DNA of 64,000 nt from an uncultured Oscillospiraceae bacterium (GTDB taxonomy: Bacteria; Bacillota; Clostridia; Oscillospirales; JAAYXM01): the NCBI GenBank assembly GCA_934446465.1, contig CAKSEF010000001.1, positions 29,278-93,277 of the forward strand, given 5' to 3'. The position numbers and the translations under genes were made by a program. The notes below the pieces were generated by a model, which worked only from the letters and a program-made list of their open reading frames with translations, searched no databases and had not been told where the DNA came from. Positions 1 to 8,218 of this stretch are shown here, in pieces. Position 1 is the stretch's first letter. Each line of letters starts with the position of its first letter.

Positions 1-1
1 G

Positions 2-559
2 CCGTCAATGCTGATTTCTCCGAATGGAACGGACGGCGGAGTCTTTGAGCTCCCGCTCTACATTTCCGATGCAAACATAGAGGATGAGCTTATTAAGATA
101 GAGCTTGAGTGTTCGCGTGAATATGAACATCATGATGTTGTTGCGGGAAATATTCTTCACAACATACTGATACGGTGCTCCTGCCGCAGAAATCTCGTCG
201 GCAGTGCGGGGGTTCGGCTTGATGCAGAACGCATTCTCGACTATATACACGAAAATTTTGCAAAAGACCTTACAAATGACGACATTGCGGCTGTTTTCGG
301 ATTTAATCCGAATTACATAAGCAGTGTAATTAAGAAGCTCACAAATCTCCCTCTCCACAAATATTTGCTTCACATACGTCTTGTTAAATCGCTTTCCTAT
401 CTGGAAATGCAAAAGTACAGCATTTCAGAAACGGCAAGCCTATGCGGATTCAAGGATATGTGCTACTTCTCGCGCTATTTTAAAAAAGAGATAGGAGTTT
501 CTCCTTCAAAATACGTCGCAGGAAAAACCGACACCGAGCAGACGTCATCTCAGCCTTGA
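2..559 (+). CDS. AraC/XylS-family transcriptional regulator, C-terminal part (N-terminus probably outside the window)
   Basis: The ORF ends in a double helix-turn-helix typical of AraC (DLTNDDIAAVFGFNPNYISSVIKK ... ISETASLCGFKDMCYFSRYFKKEIGVSPSKY). The frame stays open to the window edge, and only a short stretch precedes the HTH. Confidence 0.8.
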   Translation, partial: PSMLISPNGTDGGVFELPLYISDANIEDELIKIELECSREYEHHDVVAGNILHNILIRCSCRRNLVGSAGVRLDAERILDYIHENFAKDLTNDDIAAVFGFNPNYISSVIKKLTNLPLHKYLLHIRLVKSLSYLEMQKYSISETASLCGFKDMCYFSRYFKKEIGVSPSKYVAGKTDTEQTSSQP

Positions 560-617
560 CTTTAGCTCAATCATGTAATATAATTCAAAGAAATTACAAC
601 AAGGGAGACGCAAATTT

Positions 618-908
618 ATGATGGTTTTTATGGTTACTTACAATTTTGATTCAAAGGAAAAGCGCGACGGATTTTACAAAGAGCTTGAAAATGCAAAGAT
701 GCACGAGCTCTGCACTGCCGAAGACGGCTGTCTCAAATACGACTATTTCTATCCGTGCAGCGACGACAAAAAGCTCTTTCTTCTTGAGATTTGGGAAAAC
801 CCCGACGCTCAGAAGGTTCACCTTACTCAGCCCCACATGGACATCGTCCGCAGTCTGAAATCAAAATACGGAACGGAAAGCGAAATAAAAACCCTGAAAT
901 GCGAATAA
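618..908 (+). CDS. ABM-domain (antibiotic biosynthesis monooxygenase-like) small protein
   Basis: 96 aa with the size and pattern of the YgiN/ABM ferredoxin-like fold (LKYDYFYP ... LFLLEIWENPDAQKVHLTQPHM). A GGGAG Shine-Dalgarno lies upstream of the ATG. Confidence 0.6.
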   Translation: MMVFMVTYNFDSKEKRDGFYKELENAKMHELCTAEDGCLKYDYFYPCSDDKKLFLLEIWENPDAQKVHLTQPHMDIVRSLKSKYGTESEIKTLKCE

Positions 909-910
909 TA

Positions 911-947
911 AATCACCCCTCCGACTTAAAATCGGAGGGGTGATTTG
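911..947. terminator. Hairpin shared by convergent genes (bidirectional terminator candidate)
   Basis: Perfect inverted repeat aatcacccctccga / tcggaggggtgatt with a 7-nt loop, lying between the stop codons of the ABM gene (+) and pyrR (-). The flanking T-runs are weak on both strands. Confidence 0.6.
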
Positions 948-948
948 A

Positions 949-1488
949 TTACTGCTTACTGTAAAGGCAAACACCCGTTTCGCCGTCTATTTCTTCTATT
1001 TCCACCGAGACGAGTTCATTCTTTGCCGTCGGAATGTTCTTTCCCACAAAATCCGGGCGTATCGGCAGCTCCCGATGACCGCGGTCAATAAGTACGGCAA
1101 GCTGAATTGATTTCGGTCTGCCTATTCTGAATACGGACTCTATCGCCGCGCGTGCCGTTCTTCCTGTGTATATTACGTCATCCACTATTATTATATTATA
1201 ATCGACAACATTGCACGGAATCTCACAGGCAGACGATGTCGGAAGATTTGTAGTCTCCGACAAGTCATCCCGGTAGAGTGTTATGTCGGTATGTCCGACA
1301 GGTACTTTTATGCCTTCAAATTTCTCTATATTTTCCCCGAGCATTTTTGCAAGCGGGATTCCTCTTCTTTTCACTCCGAGAAGGCATATTCCCTCCGCGC
1401 CGTGATTCTTTTCTATGATTTCATGGGTGATACGTGCCATTGAACGGCGAACGGCAGCCTCATCCATTATACGCGCCTTAAATTCCAT
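949..1488 (-). CDS. pyrR: Bifunctional pyrimidine operon regulator / uracil phosphoribosyltransferase PyrR
   Basis: 179 aa with N-terminus MEFKARIMDEAAVRRSMARITHEIIEKN and PRTase loop IIIVDDVIYTGRTARAA. GAGGTGA SD lies 6 nt upstream of the ATG. Confidence 0.9.
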   Translation of the reverse strand: MEFKARIMDEAAVRRSMARITHEIIEKNHGAEGICLLGVKRRGIPLAKMLGENIEKFEGIKVPVGHTDITLYRDDLSETTNLPTSSACEIPCNVVDYNIIIVDDVIYTGRTARAAIESVFRIGRPKSIQLAVLIDRGHRELPIRPDFVGKNIPTAKNELVSVEIEEIDGETGVCLYSKQ

Positions 1489-1504
1489 TTCAGTTCACCT
1501 CGAC

Positions 1505-2104
1505 TCAAAACATTGCTCCGACAAAGATTTCGATTCCTATCGCAATAAGTATAACTCCGCCCAAAACCTCAGCTTCGCTCGAAAGCTTTGTACCGAAGCG
1601 TTTTCCAAGTATTATTCCCGCAAGAGATATTATAAACGTAACCGTTGCTATTATAAGTGCCGCCGCAAGTGCCTGCAAAAAACCGTATTCCGCTATTGTG
1701 AATCCGACCGAGAGCGCATCAATGGACGTCGCAATCCCTTGGATGAGCAATGCGCTTATTCCGAGTGTCTTTGCTGTATACTCCTCTTCATTCCTGTTCT
1801 TAATGCCCGACACGAGCATTTTCCCGCCGATATATCCCAGCAGTGCCAGTGCTATCCACGGAATGAATTTTTCAAATGCCTCAAACTTTTCCACTATTGT
1901 GTGAACGCATGTCCACCCAATCATCGGCATGAGCGCCTGAAACGCGGCGAACACGCCCGCAATTCCGCACATCTTGTTCACGCGCATCTTAGGCTCATTT
2001 AAACCGTTTGCAAGAGAGACGGAAAAAGCATCCATTGCAAGACCCGCGCCAAGGAGAATACTGTTTACAAAGAACACCAGACCTGACGGCATAACACTTC
2101 CCAA
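1505..2104 (-). CDS. mntP: Manganese efflux pump MntP (DUF204 family)
   Basis: 199 aa polytopic membrane protein with duplicated motifs (AMDAFSVSLANG and SIDALSVGFT) characteristic of MntP/YebN. Confidence 0.85.
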   Translation of the reverse strand: MGSVMPSGLVFFVNSILLGAGLAMDAFSVSLANGLNEPKMRVNKMCGIAGVFAAFQALMPMIGWTCVHTIVEKFEAFEKFIPWIALALLGYIGGKMLVSGIKNRNEEEYTAKTLGISALLIQGIATSIDALSVGFTIAEYGFLQALAAALIIATVTFIISLAGIILGKRFGTKLSSEAEVLGGVILIAIGIEIFVGAMF

Positions 2105-2126
2105 CCTTTTAATTTCATCAGGATTT

Positions 2127-2155
2127 ATTATATCAAATTGACGTTAAAAGGTCAA
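2127..2155 (-). promoter_or_regulatory. Sigma-A type promoter candidate for mntP-pyrR
   Basis: On the minus strand: TTGACC (2155..2150), a 17-nt spacer, then TATAAT (2132..2127), about 25 nt upstream of the mntP ATG. Confidence 0.5.
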
Positions 2156-2190
2156 GAAAAAGCGCGGAGGCGGGTTCGTCCCGCCTCTGC
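2153..2190 (-). terminator. Rho-independent terminator after the small-protein triad
   Basis: On the minus strand: gcagaggcggg-acgaa-cccgcctccgc followed by gcTTTTTCTT, starting about 10 nt after the stop of ORF 2201..2464. Confidence 0.75.
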
Positions 2191-2200
2191 GAATATGTCG

Positions 2201-2464
2201 TTATATACCGAACAGCATTACAAGCACGGTTATTATCAGGCGTTCCTCGTCATCCACGTCAAGCAGCAGAATGAGAAGCAGAATTATGGGAAGTATTCCC
2301 ATGTTATCTATGTCGAGTCCTCGGAAAAGCCGTTTTAAATCGAATTTGCTCCCGCTCTTTTCCTGATGGCATGGGGTGCTTTCGACCTGCGGTTCTTCCG
2401 GGCCCACTGCCCGGTACATATCCGAAAACGCGTCCCTATCGCTCTCGAAGTATCTGTTATACAT
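2201..2464 (-). CDS. Small uncharacterised protein with a hydrophobic, acidic-interrupted C-terminal segment
   Basis: 87 aa with a polar N-terminal half and C-terminus MGILPIILLLILLLDVDDEERLIITVLVMLFGI. Its ATG overlaps the stop of the upstream ORF by 8 nt, and a GGAGG sits inside that ORF. Confidence 0.55.
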   Translation of the reverse strand: MYNRYFESDRDAFSDMYRAVGPEEPQVESTPCHQEKSGSKFDLKRLFRGLDIDNMGILPIILLLILLLDVDDEERLIITVLVMLFGI

Positions 2465-2825
2465 ATTCTCCGCCTCCGTTCTGCTTCAAAAAATCGCCGA
2501 GCAGGTTTTTTGCAACCAGAGAAAGCTTTACAATCCGAATTGCACGGTCAATATGCGCTTCGTCTTCTTTCGCTATATACGGCCTTAATGCGCCGAGAAG
2601 CTTGATTCGTCTGTCTCCGTCAGCGTTGTACTGCCGTAAAAGCTCCATCACTTTTGAAAACATTTCCGGTTCAATCCCGTTTGGGGGGGCGTCATTTGTT
2701 GGAACGGGAAGCTTTTTTTCTTCTCCGCCGCCGTTTCCCCCGAGCATATTGACTATGCCCATGATTTTTTCCATGTTCTCAGGCGAGGACATAAAGCTTC
2801 CGAGCATTTTTTCAAGTTCTGCCAT
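2457..2825 (-). CDS. Uncharacterised soluble protein (helical ends joined by a Gly/Pro-rich linker)
   Basis: 122 aa: MAELEKMLGSFMSSPENMEKIMGIVNMLGGNGGGEEKK ... RRIKLLGALRPYIAKEDEAHIDRAIRIVKLSLVAKNLL. The composition looks protein-like, and it starts 6 nt after the preceding ORF. Confidence 0.6.
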   Translation of the reverse strand: MAELEKMLGSFMSSPENMEKIMGIVNMLGGNGGGEEKKLPVPTNDAPPNGIEPEMFSKVMELLRQYNADGDRRIKLLGALRPYIAKEDEAHIDRAIRIVKLSLVAKNLLGDFLKQNGGGEYV

Positions 2826-2831
2826 TGCCGT

Positions 2832-3113
2832 CTACCTTCCCGATGCGCTGATTATTTCAGAAAGGAGCTTAGCTCCGTCCGGCGTTGAGCCTATCTGCGA
2901 TATTATATTCTGGACTCCGCTCATATCCCCGTTTTGTGCACTTTGTGCCGCATGCTTAACGTTTTCTCCCCCGTCTGCGAGCAGAGATGCAACCACTCGC
3001 TTACCGCTGTCGCTTGCCAGAATCCTCGCAAGTCCGTCAATGTTTATTCCCGCTCCCTTTCCGCCGATTCCTTCCGCAAGCCCTCTTGCCAAGCTCTCGA
3101 GCTCATTCGACAT
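2832..3113 (-). CDS. Uncharacterised Gly/Ala/Ser-rich small protein
   Basis: 93 aa with no TM segment or signal peptide. AGGAGGG SD lies 7 nt upstream of the ATG. First gene after the hslO terminator. Confidence 0.55.
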   Translation of the reverse strand: MSNELESLARGLAEGIGGKGAGINIDGLARILASDSGKRVVASLLADGGENVKHAAQSAQNGDMSGVQNIISQIGSTPDGAKLLSEIISASGR

Positions 3114-3171
3114 ACCAATACCCTCCTGTCAAATCTTCTAAGATATTCTATTCGGGCACGGCAGTTCATGT

Positions 3172-3210
3172 TCCTAAAAAAACGGGGACGCACCCTAACG
3201 GCACGTCCCA
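3172..3210 (-). terminator. Terminator candidate after hslO
   Basis: On the minus strand: gggacg ... cgtcccc stem followed by GTTTTTTT, immediately after the hslO stop codon. Confidence 0.5.
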
Positions 3211-3214
3211 TTCT

Positions 3215-4117
3215 TTATTTCTTGTCTTTTGCACGCCGAGAGGCTTCTTCGAGCATCTCTTCAAGCTCTTCTTTTTCAAACATATATTTTTTATCGCAGA
3301 ACTGACAGCATACTTCCGCCTTTCCGTCTTCTTCTATTATGCTCTTGATTTCGTCTGCGCCCAATGAGAGAACCACGCCCTTTGTCCTTTCACGTGAGCA
3401 GGTGCACCTGTATTCCGCACTGCCCTCATCAAGGACCTCTATATCAAAACCTGTCAGCGTGGACTTAAGCATCTCTTCAAGGCTCATTCCCTCATCGAGA
3501 CACTCCGTAACTGCGCGCGCTTTTTTCATACACTCTTCAAGCCTGTTTATTTCTTCCTCATATACGCCCGGGAGAAGCTGGATAATATATCCGCCTGCGG
3601 CGCGGATGGAATAGTCGCGGTCAACAAGCACGCCGAGCGCACACACCGACGGTATCTGCTCGCTTATGGCGAGATACGCCGTTATATCTTCCGCAACTTC
3701 ACCGCTGACTATCTGAATCTGTCCGACGTAAGGCTCCTTAAGACCAAGGTCTTTCAGCACGCTGAGTGTTCCGTTTTTTCCTATTCCGCCTCCGACGTCT
3801 ATCTTTTTATCCTCGCGCAGGGGAAGGTCTGCCTGCGGATTTCTGCAATAAGCGCGGGCATTCCCGTGGCTGTCCGAAACCGCAACGACCGTGCCTATCG
3901 GCCCGTCTCCGTCAAATCTGACGGTTATGCTGTCGTCCTCGCCCTTTAAGTCGTTGCCGAGGAGAGACGCCGCAAGCATGGTTCTTCCCACGGCAGCGGC
4001 GGTAAGCGGAGTTAAGTTATGAAGCCTTACAGCTTCATTTACCATATCGCGTCCCGATATCGCAAGTATTTTTGCCGCGCCGTCGCACGTTACGGCACGT
4101 ATTATTCTGTTGCTCAT
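3215..4117 (-). CDS. hslO: Redox-regulated chaperone Hsp33
   Basis: 300 aa with the C-terminal zinc switch CTCSRER ... CCQFCDKKY (CxC ... CxxC) and Hsp33-like core motifs. Confidence 0.9.
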   Translation of the reverse strand: MSNRIIRAVTCDGAAKILAISGRDMVNEAVRLHNLTPLTAAAVGRTMLAASLLGNDLKGEDDSITVRFDGDGPIGTVVAVSDSHGNARAYCRNPQADLPLREDKKIDVGGGIGKNGTLSVLKDLGLKEPYVGQIQIVSGEVAEDITAYLAISEQIPSVCALGVLVDRDYSIRAAGGYIIQLLPGVYEEEINRLEECMKKARAVTECLDEGMSLEEMLKSTLTGFDIEVLDEGSAEYRCTCSRERTKGVVLSLGADEIKSIIEEDGKAEVCCQFCDKKYMFEKEELEEMLEEASRRAKDKK

Positions 4118-4420
4118 CTATTCCTTCACCTTTCTCGAATGTGCCTTTTCAAGCATACGCTTATAACCGTCGCTCCCGTATTCAAGCGCGCGGTTTACCC
4201 GGCTTATTGTAGCGGAGCTTGCGCCCGTTGCTTTTACTATTTCCGCATATACTTTTCCCTCGTCAAGCATTTCCGCAACACGAAGTCTGGAAATCATCGA
4301 TTGGAGCTCTTTAATTGTGCACACGTCTTCAAAAAAAGCGCGGCACTCGTCCTCGTTCTCTATTGAAACCACTGCCGAGAAAAACGCTTTTGAGTATTCG
4401 TCATCAAATTTTACCGACAT
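4118..4420 (-). CDS. YerC/YecD family TrpR-like protein
   Basis: 100 aa: FFEDVCTIKELQSMISRLRVAEMLDEGKVYAEIVKATGASSATISRVNRALEYG, a TrpR-type HTH. It abuts the hslO start directly. Confidence 0.8.
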   Translation of the reverse strand: MSVKFDDEYSKAFFSAVVSIENEDECRAFFEDVCTIKELQSMISRLRVAEMLDEGKVYAEIVKATGASSATISRVNRALEYGSDGYKRMLEKAHSRKVKE

Positions 4421-4586
4421 CTGTATTTTCCTCCTTGCACTTTAATATTTTAACATTGTACACAACGAAAGTAAAGCCTTGTTTTTATTTACAATTTATT
4501 AATTTAGGTGTAATACATCATACATAATATAATGGTATGATACTTCCATGTTAATCTCGACAACAAATAATCGGAGGGGGCACTCG

Positions 4587-6308
4587 ATGAAACTGACACT
4601 TCCAAAAAAACTTAAGAAAAAGCAAATTGCGCTTATAGCGGCGGCTTTGGCTTTGATACTTTTCCTTATGTGGTCGCTCGGCGCTTTTAAGAAAAAAGGA
4701 GGCCCCGCAACAGAGTCCGAGCTTGAGCCGTACAAGGTAAACCGCGGGAACATAACCGTTTCCGTAACGGGCAGCGGAACGGTCGAGCCGATAGAACAGT
4801 ATGAAATTCAATCGATTGTTACGGGCGATATAACGGAGGACTACGTTACGCTCGGAGAGAAGGTTGCCAAGGACGATGTTTTGTATGTTATTGATTCAAC
4901 ATCGGCAGAGAACAGCCTAAAGCGTTCGGAGAACAGCTACCGGCAGGAGCTTCTGTCTCACAACAACAAGCTCAAGGACGCATCGAAAGCATCGGTATAC
5001 GTACCGTTTGACGGAGTGATAACAGAGATGTATGTCAAGCTCGGGGATTCCGTTTCCCCCGGCTCAAAGATTGCGGAAATCAAAAACACTTCCAACCTCA
5101 CCGTACGTGTTCCGTTCCTCGCGGCAAATGCGAAGAACATTAAGCTCAACCAGTCCGCAACGGTATATTTTGACGGAAGAAACGAAGTAGTTTCGGGCTA
5201 CGTTTCACACATAGCGACAGGTACATATGCAACAAACGCGGGCGCAGTCGTATCCGACGTTGAGATTACAATAAAGAACCCCGGAGCGATACTCGCGGGT
5301 GAGGAAGTTACGGCAACGGTAGGCTCATACGCCTGCAACGATTCGGGAAAGGTCGAGGAGGCATCGACAAAAACCGTTACCGCGGAAACATCAGGAGATG
5401 TTTCATACCTTCCCTACGGAAAGGGAGACAATGTAAAGAGCGGTGCGCTCATGCTGAAAATTTCCGATGACAACACCTCGACCCAGATACGTTCAAGCCA
5501 GATTAATCTTGAAAATTCCAAGCTTTCTCTCAACGACATGCGGGAGAAGCTTGACGACTACACAATACGTTCTCCGATAGCCGGAACAATCATTTCGAAG
5601 ACAATGAAAGGCGGAGACACTCTTGACGGAAACAAGAGTTCCCTCGCGATAGTCGCGGATATGTCGAAACTCACATTTGACATATCGGTAGATGAGCTCG
5701 ACATCAAGAGCATTTCTGTCGGACAGAGTGTAAAGGTTACCGCAGACGCGCTTCCCGACAGTGAATTTACAGGTGTTGTCGATAAGATAAGCATAATAGG
5801 AACGTCAACAAACGGCGTTACGGTTTACCCGGTTACGGTTGTAATATCCGAATACGAGGGATTGCTTCCGGGAATGAACGTAAATGCGGAAATCGTTACA
5901 AGCGAAGCGCGTGATGTTCTTACGATTCCCGTAAACGGCGTAACCCGCGGAAATCTCGTTCTTGTAAAGGACGATTCCCCGAAGAGCAGCGATAATGCTA
6001 AAACAGACGAAAAAGACGAATCGGATTCAGAGAAGAAAAGACTCCCCGATGCCCCCGAGGGATACAAGTATATTGAAGTAGAAGTCGGAGTATCAAGCGA
6101 CGACTTCGTAGAAATAAAATCAGGGCTTTCCGAAGGCGATGAGATATACGTCAGCAAGGTAAAGAGCACGGGAAATAAGGAAGAGACCAACATGTTCACG
6201 AGCGCGCACTCGGGCAATATGCCGTCAGGCGGAGGTATGTCAGGTCCTCCGGACGGCGGTATGTCCCGAGGCGAAATGTCGGGAGCGCCGGGCGGAGGTA
6301 TGAGATGA
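4587..6308 (+). CDS. Membrane-fusion (periplasmic adaptor, HlyD/MacA/YknX-like) protein with a low-complexity C-terminal tail
   Basis: I place the start at MKLTLPKK (GGAGGGGG SD upstream). There is an N-terminal TM segment (IALIAAALALILFLMWSL), lipoyl/barrel-sandwich-like segments (VPFDGVITEMYVKLGDSV, RSPIAGTIISK) and a Gly/Met/Ser/Pro tail. The stop overlaps the next ATG (ATGA). Confidence 0.8.
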   Translation: MKLTLPKKLKKKQIALIAAALALILFLMWSLGAFKKKGGPATESELEPYKVNRGNITVSVTGSGTVEPIEQYEIQSIVTGDITEDYVTLGEKVAKDDVLYVIDSTSAENSLKRSENSYRQELLSHNNKLKDASKASVYVPFDGVITEMYVKLGDSVSPGSKIAEIKNTSNLTVRVPFLAANAKNIKLNQSATVYFDGRNEVVSGYVSHIATGTYATNAGAVVSDVEITIKNPGAILAGEEVTATVGSYACNDSGKVEEASTKTVTAETSGDVSYLPYGKGDNVKSGALMLKISDDNTSTQIRSSQINLENSKLSLNDMREKLDDYTIRSPIAGTIISKTMKGGDTLDGNKSSLAIVADMSKLTFDISVDELDIKSISVGQSVKVTADALPDSEFTGVVDKISIIGTSTNGVTVYPVTVVISEYEGLLPGMNVNAEIVTSEARDVLTIPVNGVTRGNLVLVKDDSPKSSDNAKTDEKDESDSEKKRLPDAPEGYKYIEVEVGVSSDDFVEIKSGLSEGDEIYVSKVKSTGNKEETNMFTSAHSGNMPSGGGMSGPPDGGMSRGEMSGAPGGGMR

Positions 6309-7003
6309 TAGAGCTTTCCGATGTTTACAAAATTTACGATGAAGGCGAGAACGAGGTCCGTGCGCTTGACGGCGTTTCCTTCCGCATTTCAGAGGGCGAA
6401 TTTGTGGCCATTGTCGGAAAATCCGGTTCGGGCAAGTCGACATGTATGAATATAATCGGTGCGCTTGACGTGCCCACACGCGGTATATACAAGCTCAACG
6501 GAACAGACGTTTCCACGCTGAACGACAACGAGCTTGCAACAATAAGGAATAAAACTCTCGGTTTTGTTTTTCAGCAATATAATCTGATATCAAAAATCAA
6601 CATCTTTGAAAACGTGGAATTACCTCTTATATATCAGGGGGTACATGTAAAGGAGCGCAAAAGCAAAGTTATGGAATCGCTTGAGCGTGTAGGACTTGCG
6701 GACAGAGCGACACATATGCCAAACCAGCTCTCCGGCGGGCAGCAGCAGCGCGTGTCGATAGCCCGCGCCCTTGCGGCCAATCCTCCCGTAATACTTGCCG
6801 ATGAACCGACCGGCGCTCTTGACTCAAAGACGGGAAAAGACGTCATGAAATTCTTCACGCACCTGAACGACGGCGGGAAAACGGTTATACTGATAACACA
6901 CGATAACGGGATAGCCGAATGTGCCAAGCGCATAATACGTATCCATGACGGAAAAATTGTTTCGGATGCCAAAAACACACCGAAGCTTGAGAACCTTGAA
7001 TAG
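6305..7003 (+). CDS. ABC transporter ATP-binding protein, MacB/LolD/YknY type
   Basis: Walker [10 protein letters not shown], signature [15 protein letters not shown], Walker [12 protein letters not shown] and H-loop ITHD. Confidence 0.9.
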   Translation: MIELSDVYKIYDEGENEVRALDGVSFRISEGEFVAIVGKSGSGKSTCMNIIGALDVPTRGIYKLNGTDVSTLNDNELATIRNKTLGFVFQQYNLISKINIFENVELPLIYQGVHVKERKSKVMESLERVGLADRATHMPNQLSGGQQQRVSIARALAANPPVILADEPTGALDSKTGKDVMKFFTHLNDGGKTVILITHDNGIAECAKRIIRIHDGKIVSDAKNTPKLENLE

Positions 7004-7015
7004 GCGGTGGCGAAC

Positions 7016-8197
7016 ATGAATTTTCATCAGTCATTGAAGCTTGCCCTTAAAAGCATGTCAGGGAGCAAGATGCGTTCATTTCTCACCATGCTCGGCGTTA
7101 TAATCGGTATCGCCTCGGTCATAATTCTCGTAAGTCTTGTTCAGAGCTTTTCAAACGATATGGTCTCGGCATTTGACTCGATAGGCACAAACAACATCAC
7201 GGTTTCGCTTGTCGGGCGCGGGGGAAACATAAACGTAAAACCGCGTGATATGCTCGAGCTTGCAAGCGAGCACCCGGAGCTTTATTCCGCCGCAACACCA
7301 ATGGTCAACATAATGGGCGCAACGGCAAAATACGGTTCTTCAAACGAGACGACGAGCGTTTACGGTGCAAACGAGGATTACGAGAAAATAGGCGATTACG
7401 TTGTGTCAAACGGCAGATTCATCTCTTACATAGATACCGAAAAGAGAAATTATGTTTGCGTCATAGGCACTTATATAGCGAATGAGCTTTTCGGTGCCGA
7501 AAACCCAATCGGAAAAATACTTAAGATTAACGGTTCCGCGTACACGGTAGTCGGAGTTCTCGAGGAAAAGGACGACAGCACCGAAGACTCGTCCGACAAC
7601 ATGGTTATTATCCCCTACTCCGCAGCATCGCGTCTTGCCCGAAATGCAGTTGTTACAAGTTATACGTTTGTCTCAAAGGATGCGGACGCGATTGATGAAG
7701 GGATGACCGTTATAAAAGACTATCTGTACGACGCTTTTAAGTCCGATGACGACGCTTACAGCGTAACAAACCTTTCCGCTCTTGTGGATGAGCTTACAAA
7801 GCTCACAGATAAGCTTGCGCTTGTGCTTGCCGGCATCGCGGCAATATCGCTTCTTGTCGGCGGAATCGGCATAATGAACATAATGCTCGTGTCGGTTACC
7901 GAACGCACGCGGGAAATCGGCATACGCAAAGCAATCGGCGGAAAACGACGCGATATCCTCTCGCAGTTTGTTATAGAAGCGACAATAACAAGCGGACTCG
8001 GCGGTGTTATCGGCATTGTTTTAGGCTGCGCGGTTACAATGGTGCTTGCAAAAATCATAGGAGTAAACGGAACCGTATCATTAGGAGCAATATTTATTTC
8101 GTTTACCGTTTCGGTTCTTATCGGTGTTCTTTTCGGGTACTTCCCCGCGTCAAAGGCATCGAAACTCAACCCGATTGACGCATTGCGCCACGATTGA
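7016..8197 (+). CDS. ABC transporter permease, FtsX/MacB type
   Basis: An N-terminal TM segment is followed by a roughly 230-aa extracytoplasmic domain and a C-terminal FtsX-type 3-TM bundle ([23 protein letters not shown]). The ATG at 7016 is preferred over the GVG-track GTG at 7007 on SD spacing, but the start is uncertain by 3 codons. Confidence 0.85.
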   Translation: MNFHQSLKLALKSMSGSKMRSFLTMLGVIIGIASVIILVSLVQSFSNDMVSAFDSIGTNNITVSLVGRGGNINVKPRDMLELASEHPELYSAATPMVNIMGATAKYGSSNETTSVYGANEDYEKIGDYVVSNGRFISYIDTEKRNYVCVIGTYIANELFGAENPIGKILKINGSAYTVVGVLEEKDDSTEDSSDNMVIIPYSAASRLARNAVVTSYTFVSKDADAIDEGMTVIKDYLYDAFKSDDDAYSVTNLSALVDELTKLTDKLALVLAGIAAISLLVGGIGIMNIMLVSVTERTREIGIRKAIGGKRRDILSQFVIEATITSGLGGVIGIVLGCAVTMVLAKIIGVNGTVSLGAIFISFTVSVLIGVLFGYFPASKASKLNPIDALRHD

Positions 8198-8218
8198 TAA
8201 ACAAATGGGGGAATTTAA

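Noticed and set aside
2371-3141. 256-aa plus-strand ORF covering all three small minus-strand ORFs, considered as the real gene instead of the triad
   Set aside because: The translation is Ser/Pro/Phe/Ile-rich low-complexity, typical of the antisense of Glu/Lys/Gly-rich genes, and it has no SD. The minus-strand ORFs each have SDs, coupled junctions and flanking terminators in the right orientation.
3114-3171. Forespore-type or sigma-A promoter for the small-protein triad
   Set aside because: A -10-like TAGAAT is present (3150..3145 on the minus strand), but no acceptable -35 lies at 16-18 nt. Matches to the sigma-F/G/E/K patterns were too poor to report as a feature.
4548-4586. N-terminal extensions in the ORF track (also at 10837..10944, 16826..16900, 24446..24529, 27673..27720, 38301..38375, 44264..44350, 45956..46018, 50081..50119, 51576..51608, 54540..54668)
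   Set aside because: In each case an internal start has a proper SD at correct spacing and gives the family-typical N-terminus. The extension runs through terminators, tRNA or the upstream gene. Starts were trimmed accordingly, and residual uncertainty is noted per feature.
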